A stretch of DNA of 27,752 bases, taken from Thermacetogeniaceae bacterium (GTDB lineage Bacteria > Bacillota > DSM-12270 > Thermacetogeniales > Thermacetogeniaceae). The position numbers and the translations under genes are program-made. Where the stretch lies: the NCBI GenBank assembly GCA_049701555.1, contig JBNATO010000001.1, forward strand, positions 12,380 to 40,131, written 5' to 3'. The notes beneath the pieces are model-generated. The model made no database searches and had not been told where the DNA came from. It worked only from the letters and a program-made list of their open reading frames with translations. Shown piece by piece: positions 10,306 to 18,379 of this stretch (the first letter of the stretch is position 1; each line of letters starts with the position of its first letter).

Positions 10306-11583
10306 CTATGACTCCTCCACCCAGCGCTTGATCTCGCCGTATCCATCCCAGACGACCTCGCCGGTATCCCGCTTGACCATCTTCACAGCGGCCTGCGGGC
10401 AGTTGCCCAGGCACCAGCCGCAGCCCATGCAGTATTCGTCGTTGATCTGAGGGCCTTTTTCCTTATCCAGCGTCAGAGCGCCATACGGGCACAGCCTCTC
10501 GCAGGTGCCGCAGCGGTTGCACTTCTCCAGGTCGTACTGCGGGATGATCGGCGACGGGTGCTGCATCGGGTTCTCACGCGGGAAGTCGCGCAGGTAGGAG
10601 AACCTCGGGACACAGATCCCCAGCATGTCCTTGATGGTCTTGTAGCCCTTGCGGTCCATGAACTCGTTGAGGCCCTCGATGATCTCGCCGATGACCTGGA
10701 CTCCTCTCGTGTAGATCGTGGAGCAGAGCTGCACCGTCGGGCACCCTGCCATGATGTATCTCACCACGTCATCCCAGGTGAAGATCCCGCCGATGCCGGA
10801 GCAGGGGATCTTGACAGTTGCCGTGATCTCCAGCACCTTGGCGAGAGAGAGCGGCTGCCAGGTGCGGCCGGGGAGGAAACCGCAGGAGAAGGGCCCTCCG
10901 TAGAAGGTGCCTGTCTCATGGTCTATCCACGTCCCGTAGAAGGCGTTGTTCGCCGAGATGGCATGTCCTCCCGCCTTCTCCACAGCGAGCGCCACCTCCG
11001 CCATGCGCACGCACTGCGGCGTCATCTTGAACATGATCGGGGTCTTGACAGCCTCAACGCAGGCCTTGGTGACCTCATAGGCCTTCTCGGGGTCCAACGC
11101 CAGCGGAGCCCCTACCTCCTTGTGTTTGGCCTCGGCGCCGAACGTGGCGTGCGGACCGCCTGTGTCCAGCTCGATCATGTCCACACCCAGCTTCTCCATG
11201 TCCACGCAGAGCTCAGCCCAGGTCTCAGCGTTCGTCCCTATCCCGGAGATGCTGGCTATAAACACCACATCGTTCTCCTTGCACAGGTCCCTGATCCTGG
11301 GAGCGATCTCATCGCGCCACTTTTCGTAAGGGATGTGGCTGAACATCTCGGAGCAGATCCAGGTGTCGCGCAGCTCCTTGCCGAAGCGCCTGAGGGAATA
11401 GAAATAGGGCCTAGGCCAGCGGTGGACGCCATCGATCTTGTGGACTGTCTTCGACACCAGCCCACCTATCCCCTGGGCGATGACCCTTTTGGCCATGTGC
11501 AAGGTCTCACCGAAGTCGTTCGAAGAGACGAGCACCGGGTTTTTGAATTTGATGCCGCACATCTCTGTCCTCAAATCAGCCAT
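10306..11583 (-). CDS. Dihydropyrimidine dehydrogenase PreA / DHODH-like FMN enzyme with a C-terminal 2x[4Fe-4S] domain; non-canonical active site
   Basis: GIKFKNP, VSKT, FKMTP, GIGGI, VQLCS; CNRCGTCERLCP and CMGCGWCLGNCP. ELDTGGPH stands in place of ELNxSCP(H/N). RBS GAGGAGG. Confidence 0.85.
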   Translation of the reverse strand: MADLRTEMCGIKFKNPVLVSSNDFGETLHMAKRVIAQGIGGLVSKTVHKIDGVHRWPRPYFYSLRRFGKELRDTWICSEMFSHIPYEKWRDEIAPRIRDLCKENDVVFIASISGIGTNAETWAELCVDMEKLGVDMIELDTGGPHATFGAEAKHKEVGAPLALDPEKAYEVTKACVEAVKTPIMFKMTPQCVRMAEVALAVEKAGGHAISANNAFYGTWIDHETGTFYGGPFSCGFLPGRTWQPLSLAKVLEITATVKIPCSGIGGIFTWDDVVRYIMAGCPTVQLCSTIYTRGVQVIGEIIEGLNEFMDRKGYKTIKDMLGICVPRFSYLRDFPRENPMQHPSPIIPQYDLEKCNRCGTCERLCPYGALTLDKEKGPQINDEYCMGCGWCLGNCPQAAVKMVKRDTGEVVWDGYGEIKRWVEES

Positions 11584-11635
11584 ATCTATACCTCCTCGGG
11601 ATTTTTATGACTTATGATAAAGCCACTTCCTGCCC

Positions 11636-12556
11636 TTACATCATCCTGCCGACGGAAACCTTTAAGCCGCATTCCTCAAGGATCGCCTTCGCCCTGGCGA
11701 CATCTTCTTTGGTCAGATCCCGGAAGCTCCCGTACGGAGACTTCATGCCGAGGTAGCCGTACTTGCCTGTTCCCAGCTTGTGCAAGGGATTGAGGTCGAT
11801 CCAGGAGATCCCCAGCTCCCTCGCAAACTCAGCCGTCCTCCTCAGGTTTTCCTCAGAATCGTTGAAGTCCGGGATCAAGGGGAGGGAGATCCTCACCTTT
11901 CCGCTTTTGGCAAGAAGCCTAGCGTTCTCCAGGATCAGCTCGTTGCTGACCCCAGTCCCTTCCTTGTGCCTCTGGGGGTCCATGTGCTTGATATCGAGCA
12001 GGAAGAGGTCTGTCCACTGCAGAGCCTTCTCTATGTTCTCGGGCGAGGTGTAAGCCGTCGTGTCCAACACCGTGGTGATCCCTCTCTCCTTGCATGCCTG
12101 GAGTATGGCAAGAGCAAACCTCGCCTGGTAGAAGGGTTCGCCGCCGCTCAAGGTGACGCCTCCGTCATCGCCGTAAAACGGCAGGTCCTTTTCTACCTCA
12201 GCAACGACCTCAGCGACCGAATACTCCCTTCCAACCTCGATAAAGGCCTGGTTGGGGCAAGCCGCCACGCACTTCATGCAGAGCGTGCACTTCTCCCTGT
12301 CGACCTTGTTCTTTTTGTCCATGCTCAGAGCGCCCGCCGGGCACTCTCTCACACAAGCCCCGTACCCCTGGCACCTCTTGCTGATGAAGTAAAGCTGGCG
12401 CTCCAGCGTCCAGGTCTCGGGGTTGCAGCACCACCTGCAGCGCAGCGGGCACCCCTTGATGAAGACGGTCGTCCTGATCCCTGGGCCATCGTGGGTGGCA
12501 AACCTCTTGATCTCGGTGATGACGCCTCTGATATCTTCCCCAAAGCTCTGAGGCAT
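11636..12556 (-). CDS. Glycyl-radical enzyme activating enzyme (radical SAM, with ferredoxin-like insert)
   Basis: HDGPGIRTTVFIKGCPLRCRWCCNPE, GVTLSGGEP, LDIKHMD. Insert CQGYGACVRECP / CTLCMKCVAACP. Likely start ATG 12556; the ORF track extends it into the upstream gene. Confidence 0.94.
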   Translation of the reverse strand: MPQSFGEDIRGVITEIKRFATHDGPGIRTTVFIKGCPLRCRWCCNPETWTLERQLYFISKRCQGYGACVRECPAGALSMDKKNKVDREKCTLCMKCVAACPNQAFIEVGREYSVAEVVAEVEKDLPFYGDDGGVTLSGGEPFYQARFALAILQACKERGITTVLDTTAYTSPENIEKALQWTDLFLLDIKHMDPQRHKEGTGVSNELILENARLLAKSGKVRISLPLIPDFNDSEENLRRTAEFARELGISWIDLNPLHKLGTGKYGYLGMKSPYGSFRDLTKEDVARAKAILEECGLKVSVGRMM

Positions 12557-12563
12557 CTCAGGA

Positions 12564-13154
12564 TCACTCTTTGATCTTGATCCACGGCGGCCCAAGGGAG
12601 ATGACTTGCCGCTTGAAGGTGCCGTTGAGGATGATGGCAGCGCTCTGCCAGATGATCGTCAGGATCATCAAGGGGAGGTCCCACGTGGCGATGACCCAGA
12701 ACGGTTTGAAAGAGGTCAGGAAGTAGAGCGCAGCAAACAGGAAGAAGACATCAGTCCAGATCATGAAGAGCGTGGGGCCTGTTCCTTTGATCATGTACGC
12801 CGGGGTGAAGCTGATCATCAACAGAGCCATTATCAGAAACACCCAGCCGTCGACCGCAGCGGTGTTGTGCGGCAGCAGCTTCAGGCACTGGAGCAGCTTC
12901 TCGAACATGCCATACCACATGAAGGAGCTGAAAGCCAGCATGATGTTTCCAGGGCCGACCTCTCCTATTCTGAGCTCGATAATCCCTGAGATCACCTGCA
13001 CCAAGCCGCCGCAGAAGCCCAGCGCCACCAGTATGTAAATCAGCTCGTGAGGCGCCATTCCGGCAGCCACAGGCCAGAGACACCCCAGGTAAAATGCGAG
13101 CACCATCATCCCCGCAGGCGCGGGAGTCGCCCAACCCTTATTGTCAGACATCAC
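12564..13154 (-). CDS. GPR1/FUN34/YaaH (AceTr/SatP) family small carboxylate channel
   Basis: About six TM helices; WATPAPAG resembles the NPAPLGL signature; GGLVQVISGIIELRIG and AFSSFMW. RBS AGGAGG. Confidence 0.75.
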   Translation of the reverse strand: MMSDNKGWATPAPAGMMVLAFYLGCLWPVAAGMAPHELIYILVALGFCGGLVQVISGIIELRIGEVGPGNIMLAFSSFMWYGMFEKLLQCLKLLPHNTAAVDGWVFLIMALLMISFTPAYMIKGTGPTLFMIWTDVFFLFAALYFLTSFKPFWVIATWDLPLMILTIIWQSAAIILNGTFKRQVISLGPPWIKIKE

Positions 13155-13188
13155 ATTCGCCCTCCTATCCGCTTAGTCTGGAATCCTC

Positions 13189-14454
13189 TCATTTCACGCT
13201 CAAGTAGCGGACGAGCACCCTGTAGTTCCAGGGGTAGGGAGAGTTGATCAGGGTCACCTTTTCGATCTCGGAGCGCAGTTCGGCCATGTTCACCCTTCTC
13301 CTCATTGCTCCCAAGAGAATCCCCATCTTATCGGCGTATCTCCCTATCGCCTGAGCCCCTACGAGCACGCCCTCCTTCAAGATCAGCCTGTAGTAGTCGC
13401 CGTCTCTCCGCTTCTCCACAAGCTCCACGCCGGAGGTATCCCCCATCATCGTCAAAGTCCTGCCGATGGATATGGCATGTGTGTGGAAGAAGTGAGCCCT
13501 TGCGAAGTTCCACGCCCCGGCATATCTCTTCCGCAACCCCAGGCAGTTGGCAGCAGCCACCTCGGCCTGCTCCACAGCGTTGTGCTTCAGGAGATAGAGG
13601 GCGCTCTCTCCGGTGATGGCATCCCAGGACTCGACGCAGTCGCCGCAGGCGTAGACGTCTTTCCCGCTGGTCGCCATGTGCTCATCGACCTTGATCCCCC
13701 GCGATCTCGCGACATCGATCCCTGCGTCAGCGGCGATCTTGCTCGAGGGGACGACGCCTGCTGCCACGACCACCGTGTCGCATTTGATCTGGCGCTTGTC
13801 CGTGGTCACTCCCTGCACGCAGCGATCTCCGTCGATGCTCTGCACCTTCTCCTTTACCAGCACATTGATGCCGTTCCTCTCGAGGTCCTCCTTGAGCAGC
13901 TCGGCTGCTTCCCTGTCGAAGACGCGGGGCAGGATCCAATCCATCAGCTCGATCAGGTAGACCTCATAACCCCGCTTTTTCAGCGCCTCGGCAGCCTCGA
14001 TCCCGATCAGACCAGAGCCGATCACAACAGCCGCAGAGCCGCGATGCGCTGCCAAAGCATCGGCGTCGGCGAGGACCTTGCAGCAGAAGACTCCCTTCTT
14101 ATCTACCCCCTTTATCGGTGGAATTACCTGATCGCCCCCTGTGGCGATGATCAGCCTATCGTAATCCAGGGCTTCCCGGTTTTCCAGAACGACCTTCTTC
14201 GCCTGCCTGTCTATTCCCACGGCTCTCGTTCCAAACCTCGTAACGATGCCATCCTGCTCGTAGTCGCTTAACTCTCTGAAAAAGAGCACCTGCCGCGGGA
14301 CATCTCCGCTGACGTAGTATGGAAGGGCACCGGGCTCATATGCCGGGCAGTCTTCGGCTGAGACCATCACTATCTCACAGCTGTGGTCATACCTTCTGAT
14401 GCATCTCGCTGCAGCATTGCCAGCGATGCCGTTCCCGACGATCACGACCCTCAC
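13189..14454 (-). CDS. FAD/NAD(P)-dependent oxidoreductase (AorC / NirB N-terminal / rubredoxin reductase type)
   Basis: IVGNGIAG, ATGG, VIGSGLIGIE, VDEHMATS...YACGDC. Likely start GTG 14454 after RBS GAAGGAG. Confidence 0.88.
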   Translation of the reverse strand: MRVVIVGNGIAGNAAARCIRRYDHSCEIVMVSAEDCPAYEPGALPYYVSGDVPRQVLFFRELSDYEQDGIVTRFGTRAVGIDRQAKKVVLENREALDYDRLIIATGGDQVIPPIKGVDKKGVFCCKVLADADALAAHRGSAAVVIGSGLIGIEAAEALKKRGYEVYLIELMDWILPRVFDREAAELLKEDLERNGINVLVKEKVQSIDGDRCVQGVTTDKRQIKCDTVVVAAGVVPSSKIAADAGIDVARSRGIKVDEHMATSGKDVYACGDCVESWDAITGESALYLLKHNAVEQAEVAAANCLGLRKRYAGAWNFARAHFFHTHAISIGRTLTMMGDTSGVELVEKRRDGDYYRLILKEGVLVGAQAIGRYADKMGILLGAMRRRVNMAELRSEIEKVTLINSPYPWNYRVLVRYLSVK

Positions 14455-14483
14455 AGCATTCACTCCTTCGATGAATGATTCTG

Positions 14484-14514
14484 GAGCCCGGGCCCAGGAG
14501 TCAGGCCCGGGCTC
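14484..14514. repeat. Intergenic GC-rich inverted repeat (11-bp stem, no U-tract)
   Basis: GAGCCCGGGCC-caggagtca-GGCCCGGGCTC between the AOR and FAD genes. Confidence 0.8.
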
Positions 14515-14527
14515 TCTTACCTTCCGC

Positions 14528-16522
14528 TCACGCCTTCCCCTTGGATGCCAGGTATTGGCGGTAGAGCTCCTTCCCTTTTTCAATATCTTCGATTATCTCC
14601 TCGATGCCGAGCTCCTTCGCCTTCTCCGGAGTGATGAATCCGTCATCATCCCAGCCGTGCAGGCGGTAATACTCCGACTGCGCCCATTCCCATTCCTTGC
14701 GGTCGATCTTGATCCCCTTGTAGGGCCCATCGACGACCGGATCCTCGAAGTACCTGTCGATATGGGTGTCGTCCTGGCGGGCGCTCCCCTCTCGGTTCCA
14801 GTGGGCACGCTCGATGTTGATGACGCGCTCCGCAGCCTTGAAGATCTCCTCGTCTGGGAGGTCTACGCCGGTTGCGAGGCGCAAGAGCGGCGTGTACGAC
14901 CTCCAGTCACCCGCACCGCCCCAGGAGCCGATGGCCTGGCAACACATGCCCACAAGGTCAGCGACGCACTTGTTCTTCTCCGACCAGGTGCAGAGCTTGG
15001 GCTTGGTCTTCAGGGTGTAGAGCTCCTTCGGGAAGTCCTTCCAGAACTCCTCGGTCAGCTCAGGCCCAAGGACCTCGGCGACGAGCTCCTTCCGGCTCAT
15101 GGCGCAGCCCTGGAACTCCAGGCAGGAGTAGTTCTTCAGGTGGTCGGAGCCGCGGGTGGACATGGCGTAGCCGAGGCTGAAGCCCATGGCGATCCGCGGG
15201 TCGACGCTGATGTGCTCAAGCCCACGGCAGTGCGGCACGAGCTTTTCGGTGCCGCGCCCGATCTTCTCCGCAGCCCGGATCGCTCCCTCTGCGAGGACGT
15301 CGCCGAAGCCCTTGCGGAAGGCGATCATCTCGAGGACCTTCATGGCGGTGTCGAGGTCGCCCCACTCGAAGGTAAGGCCGCCGGTGTCCTCCTTGGTGAG
15401 CAGCCCCTTCTCCCAGCACTCCATCGCCCAGGAGATGGCCCCACCGGCGGAGATGCTGTCCATCCCTAGATCGTTCACCATACCACAGAGGACGTTGACA
15501 GTTTCCACGTCGTAGGTGTCGAGGCGCGGCCCGAGGTTGCAGACGCTCTCCATCTCCGGCCCGCCGGCATGGAAGCCCGCAAAGCGGCCTTCCTTGATCA
15601 GCGTGTAGCGGCCGCAGCAAACGGGGCAAGACCAGCACCCTTTGCGGCGGAAGAGGAATTTCTCCGCCCACTGGAGGCCGCCGTAGGTCTCCTCAAGGCC
15701 CGGCATGTAGCCTGTGCTCACGTTCCTGTGGGCGTTGATCCCGATGATGTTTCCGGCGTCGAAGAGGTCCATCGTCCCCTCGATGCGGCGCCTGATCGCA
15801 GAGGGAGAGTTGTGGATCTTCTCCCGCAGCGCCCAGCAGGCCTCCGCGAACTCCTTGGGCTTGGCGAAGGTGATCGGGCGGTTCCCCCTGACGGCGATCG
15901 CCTTCAGGTTCTTGGAGCCCATCACAGCGCCCATGCCCGTCCTGCCGCCTGCGGCGCTGAAGGAGTTGACGATGCAGGCGAACCTCACCAGGTTCTCACC
16001 GGCAGGCCCAATGCAGGCGACCCTCACATCGGGGTCATCGAGCTCGTTCAAGATCCTCTTGGTCGTCTCCTTGACGCCCAATCCCCAGAGGTGTGAGGCA
16101 TCGCGGATCTCGATACGGTCGCCGTCGACCAAGATCCAAACAGGCTTGTCCGCCTTCCCTTTGACGACTATCTGGTCGTAGCCGGCGTACTTCATGTAGG
16201 CAGCGAACTGGCCGCCCATGTTGGTGTCGCCATGCCCGTGGACATTGGTGCCTCTGTACGAACAGGTCATCGGGGAGCGCGCCGAGACCGTAGTCCTGCC
16301 GGACAGGGGAGCAAACGTTCCAGCGAGGGGGCCTGTGCCGAAACACAAGGGGTTGGCCGGGTCGAAGGGGTCCATCCCCTGCCATGTCTCGTGGTAGACC
16401 ACCTCTGAGTTGAATCCTCTGCCGCCGATCCACTTTTTGAGGTAATCCAGGCTCAGCTCTTCTATCTCATACTTGCGCTCTGTAAGGTCAATCCTCAACC
16501 TGCGTCCTGCCCAACCATGCAT
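14528..16522 (-). CDS. aor: Aldehyde:ferredoxin oxidoreductase family tungsto/molybdoenzyme, catalytic subunit
   Basis: GWAGRRLRIDLT, IGGRG, AGYDQIVVKG, IGPAGENLV, GMGAVMGSKNLKAI, CWSCPVCC, DPR...STRGSDH, YYRLHGWD. Start ATG 16522 (RBS GGGAGG) or 16531. Confidence 0.93.
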   Translation of the reverse strand: MHGWAGRRLRIDLTERKYEIEELSLDYLKKWIGGRGFNSEVVYHETWQGMDPFDPANPLCFGTGPLAGTFAPLSGRTTVSARSPMTCSYRGTNVHGHGDTNMGGQFAAYMKYAGYDQIVVKGKADKPVWILVDGDRIEIRDASHLWGLGVKETTKRILNELDDPDVRVACIGPAGENLVRFACIVNSFSAAGGRTGMGAVMGSKNLKAIAVRGNRPITFAKPKEFAEACWALREKIHNSPSAIRRRIEGTMDLFDAGNIIGINAHRNVSTGYMPGLEETYGGLQWAEKFLFRRKGCWSCPVCCGRYTLIKEGRFAGFHAGGPEMESVCNLGPRLDTYDVETVNVLCGMVNDLGMDSISAGGAISWAMECWEKGLLTKEDTGGLTFEWGDLDTAMKVLEMIAFRKGFGDVLAEGAIRAAEKIGRGTEKLVPHCRGLEHISVDPRIAMGFSLGYAMSTRGSDHLKNYSCLEFQGCAMSRKELVAEVLGPELTEEFWKDFPKELYTLKTKPKLCTWSEKNKCVADLVGMCCQAIGSWGGAGDWRSYTPLLRLATGVDLPDEEIFKAAERVINIERAHWNREGSARQDDTHIDRYFEDPVVDGPYKGIKIDRKEWEWAQSEYYRLHGWDDDGFITPEKAKELGIEEIIEDIEKGKELYRQYLASKGKA

Positions 16523-16585
16523 AGAGCTCATTCCTCCCTTATGCTGAAATTTCCCTGTTGGTCAGCCTCCCACAAACCCGGGGCA

Positions 16586-17146
16586 TCAACCGAAGCTGAA
16601 GCCGAACTGTATCCCTTCTTCCTTGACGCCCTTGGGCTTAAACTCTTCTTTGAGCTGCCAGGCCAGACCGCGGCCCTTGACCTGCGACACCTTATACTTG
16701 GGAACATACATCAAGGCCTTTTGCATAGTGCACGCCCGGACGCACCAGGGGGTCTCCTCGCCGCCGCAGAGGTCGCAGGTCATCGTCTTCCCGTTCTCGG
16801 GGTTGATCACGGGCGCCCCGTACGGGCAGACGTAGATGCACGCCCTGCAGCCTATGCAGGCATCCTCATTGGTCACCACAGCGCCGCTGGCCAGCCTGAC
16901 CCTGGCACCCATCGGGCAGACCTTGATGCAGGCGGCGTCCGCACATGCCTGGCAAGTTATGGGGATAAAGGTGTTGACCTCGCGGAACTCCTGGATCCTG
17001 ATCCTCGAATAGTTGGGATGGTTCTTCTGGAAGTGCTTCATCGAGCAGGCCATCTCGCACGAATGGCAGCCAGCGCACTTCTCGGGGTCGATGACGATCA
17101 CCATCTGATTCATCTCTGCTACCTTCACTCGATCTCTCTCATCCAT
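16586..17146 (-). CDS. 4x[4Fe-4S] electron-transfer subunit (DmsB/NrfC/AorA type)
   Basis: CAGCHSCEMAC, CQACADAACIKVCP, CIGCRACIYVCP, CDLC...CVRAC. Start ATG 17146 after RBS GAGGAGG. Confidence 0.92.
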   Translation of the reverse strand: MDERDRVKVAEMNQMVIVIDPEKCAGCHSCEMACSMKHFQKNHPNYSRIRIQEFREVNTFIPITCQACADAACIKVCPMGARVRLASGAVVTNEDACIGCRACIYVCPYGAPVINPENGKTMTCDLCGGEETPWCVRACTMQKALMYVPKYKVSQVKGRGLAWQLKEEFKPKGVKEEGIQFGFSFG

Positions 17147-17207
17147 CAGCCACACACTCCTCCTCGTTTTTCTTTTATCCGACACCGGCAAACCGCTGAG
17201 GGCAGTC

Positions 17208-17251
17208 CCCTGCTGCGGCAGGGGGCCAGAAGGGGCTCTGCCGCAGCAGGG
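17208..17251. repeat. Intergenic GC-rich inverted repeat (14-bp stem, no U-tract)
   Basis: CCCTGCTGCGGCAG (17208-17221) and CTGCCGCAGCAGGG (17238-17251), between the hydrolase and Fe-S genes. Confidence 0.8.
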
Positions 17252-17258
17252 CAAACCT

Positions 17259-18317
17259 TTAGGCAAGCCCGATCAGCTTCGCCGGGACTTCCTTGGCCAT
17301 GACGTTGATGTCAGCCTCATCTACTCCCTGAGACATGAGGATCCTCAGGAAGTGCCACCAGCCGGTAACAGGCTCATTCCCGGGCTGGCCGGCATCGCTC
17401 GCCAGCACCAGATGGTCGGGGCCCTTTTCCTTGATCAGCTCTTTGATCAGGTTCATCGAGTAGTCGAACGCCACAACCCAGTCCTGCATTCCTGGCCAGG
17501 GGATGCAAGAGCACTCACAGAACTGCATGTAAGCGCCGAGGTCGATCATCTCCTTCGCTTCCTCAGGGGTGACGATCGTCAGCTCTTGCGTGCAGTGGTC
17601 GACGACGCAGTCGACATCGATGCCTCTCCTCTTGATGTACTTGAGGATCGCCACCTTCTCCTCATTGGAGACATGGCAGAGGGCAAGCACGCAGCGTTCA
17701 CCTTTCCTGTTCTTGTTGAAGTCTGCGATGATGTCGATGATCTCCTTCATCTTGTCGACAGGCTCGTCGCCCTCAGCCACCACGATCCCGCCTTCCAGCC
17801 CCATAGCTGCCCTCTGGTGCCAGGCGTCAAGGGACGGCAGCCAGATCGTCCTGCACCGCCCGTAGCCGAGGGCTGTCTGCACCATCTTGGGGTTCAGGCC
17901 GCCCACCGACTCGTTCAGCGTCACCCCGCCGTAGACCTCGACAGGCGTGAACTCCTTGCCCTGCGCCTCCAGTTCCTTCTTCAGCGCATCCATCATCTCG
18001 GTGATAACCGTGGCCGCATGGTGTGTCCAGCAGTTGTGGTCCTTGAAGACTAGAGCCCTCATCCCCGCCTTGCTAGCCTCGAGGCAGGTCTCGGTCATCG
18101 GCGGGCGCCCTGCCAGCCAGGCTCCCATCGGCGCCCCGTGGATGTGGATATCGATCACACCCTTCAGGACCTCGTTGACCTTCTCCCGCTCCACCGGCCT
18201 GCCGGGGTTGAAGTACTTGTACGGCCATACCTCGCTGGTGCGTCGCTGCAGCTCCTCCTCGGTGATCACGCGGCCAAACTTCTTCGCCTTCCACTCTTCA
18301 TGCGCCTTTACCTTCAC
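17259..18317 (-). CDS. Amidohydrolase-superfamily metal-dependent hydrolase, DUF6282-like
   Basis: IDIHIHGAP (HxH), FKDH, GGVTLN...GGLNP, LCHVS, VVDH, LASDAGQ metal-ligand pattern. The DUF6282 call is from memory. Confidence 0.72.
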   Translation of the reverse strand: MKVKAHEEWKAKKFGRVITEEELQRRTSEVWPYKYFNPGRPVEREKVNEVLKGVIDIHIHGAPMGAWLAGRPPMTETCLEASKAGMRALVFKDHNCWTHHAATVITEMMDALKKELEAQGKEFTPVEVYGGVTLNESVGGLNPKMVQTALGYGRCRTIWLPSLDAWHQRAAMGLEGGIVVAEGDEPVDKMKEIIDIIADFNKNRKGERCVLALCHVSNEEKVAILKYIKRRGIDVDCVVDHCTQELTIVTPEEAKEMIDLGAYMQFCECSCIPWPGMQDWVVAFDYSMNLIKELIKEKGPDHLVLASDAGQPGNEPVTGWWHFLRILMSQGVDEADINVMAKEVPAKLIGLA

Positions 18318-18379
18318 ACCGCTTCCCCCTTTTTTCGAGATTTTTTATAAAAGCAAAGCCCATGGTCGGCGACACGCGG

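Noticed and set aside
10306-11583. Annotation as ordinary pyrD or preA
   Set aside because: The catalytic Cys and several ring-binding residues are replaced; no pyrK, preT or pyrimidine pathway genes are nearby.
14528-16522. AOR-family protein as BamB (class II benzoyl-CoA reductase)
   Set aside because: It keeps an AOR-type GPExE / RGxDH active site rather than the Cys-ligated BamB site, and no bamC-I or benzoate-CoA ligase genes are present.
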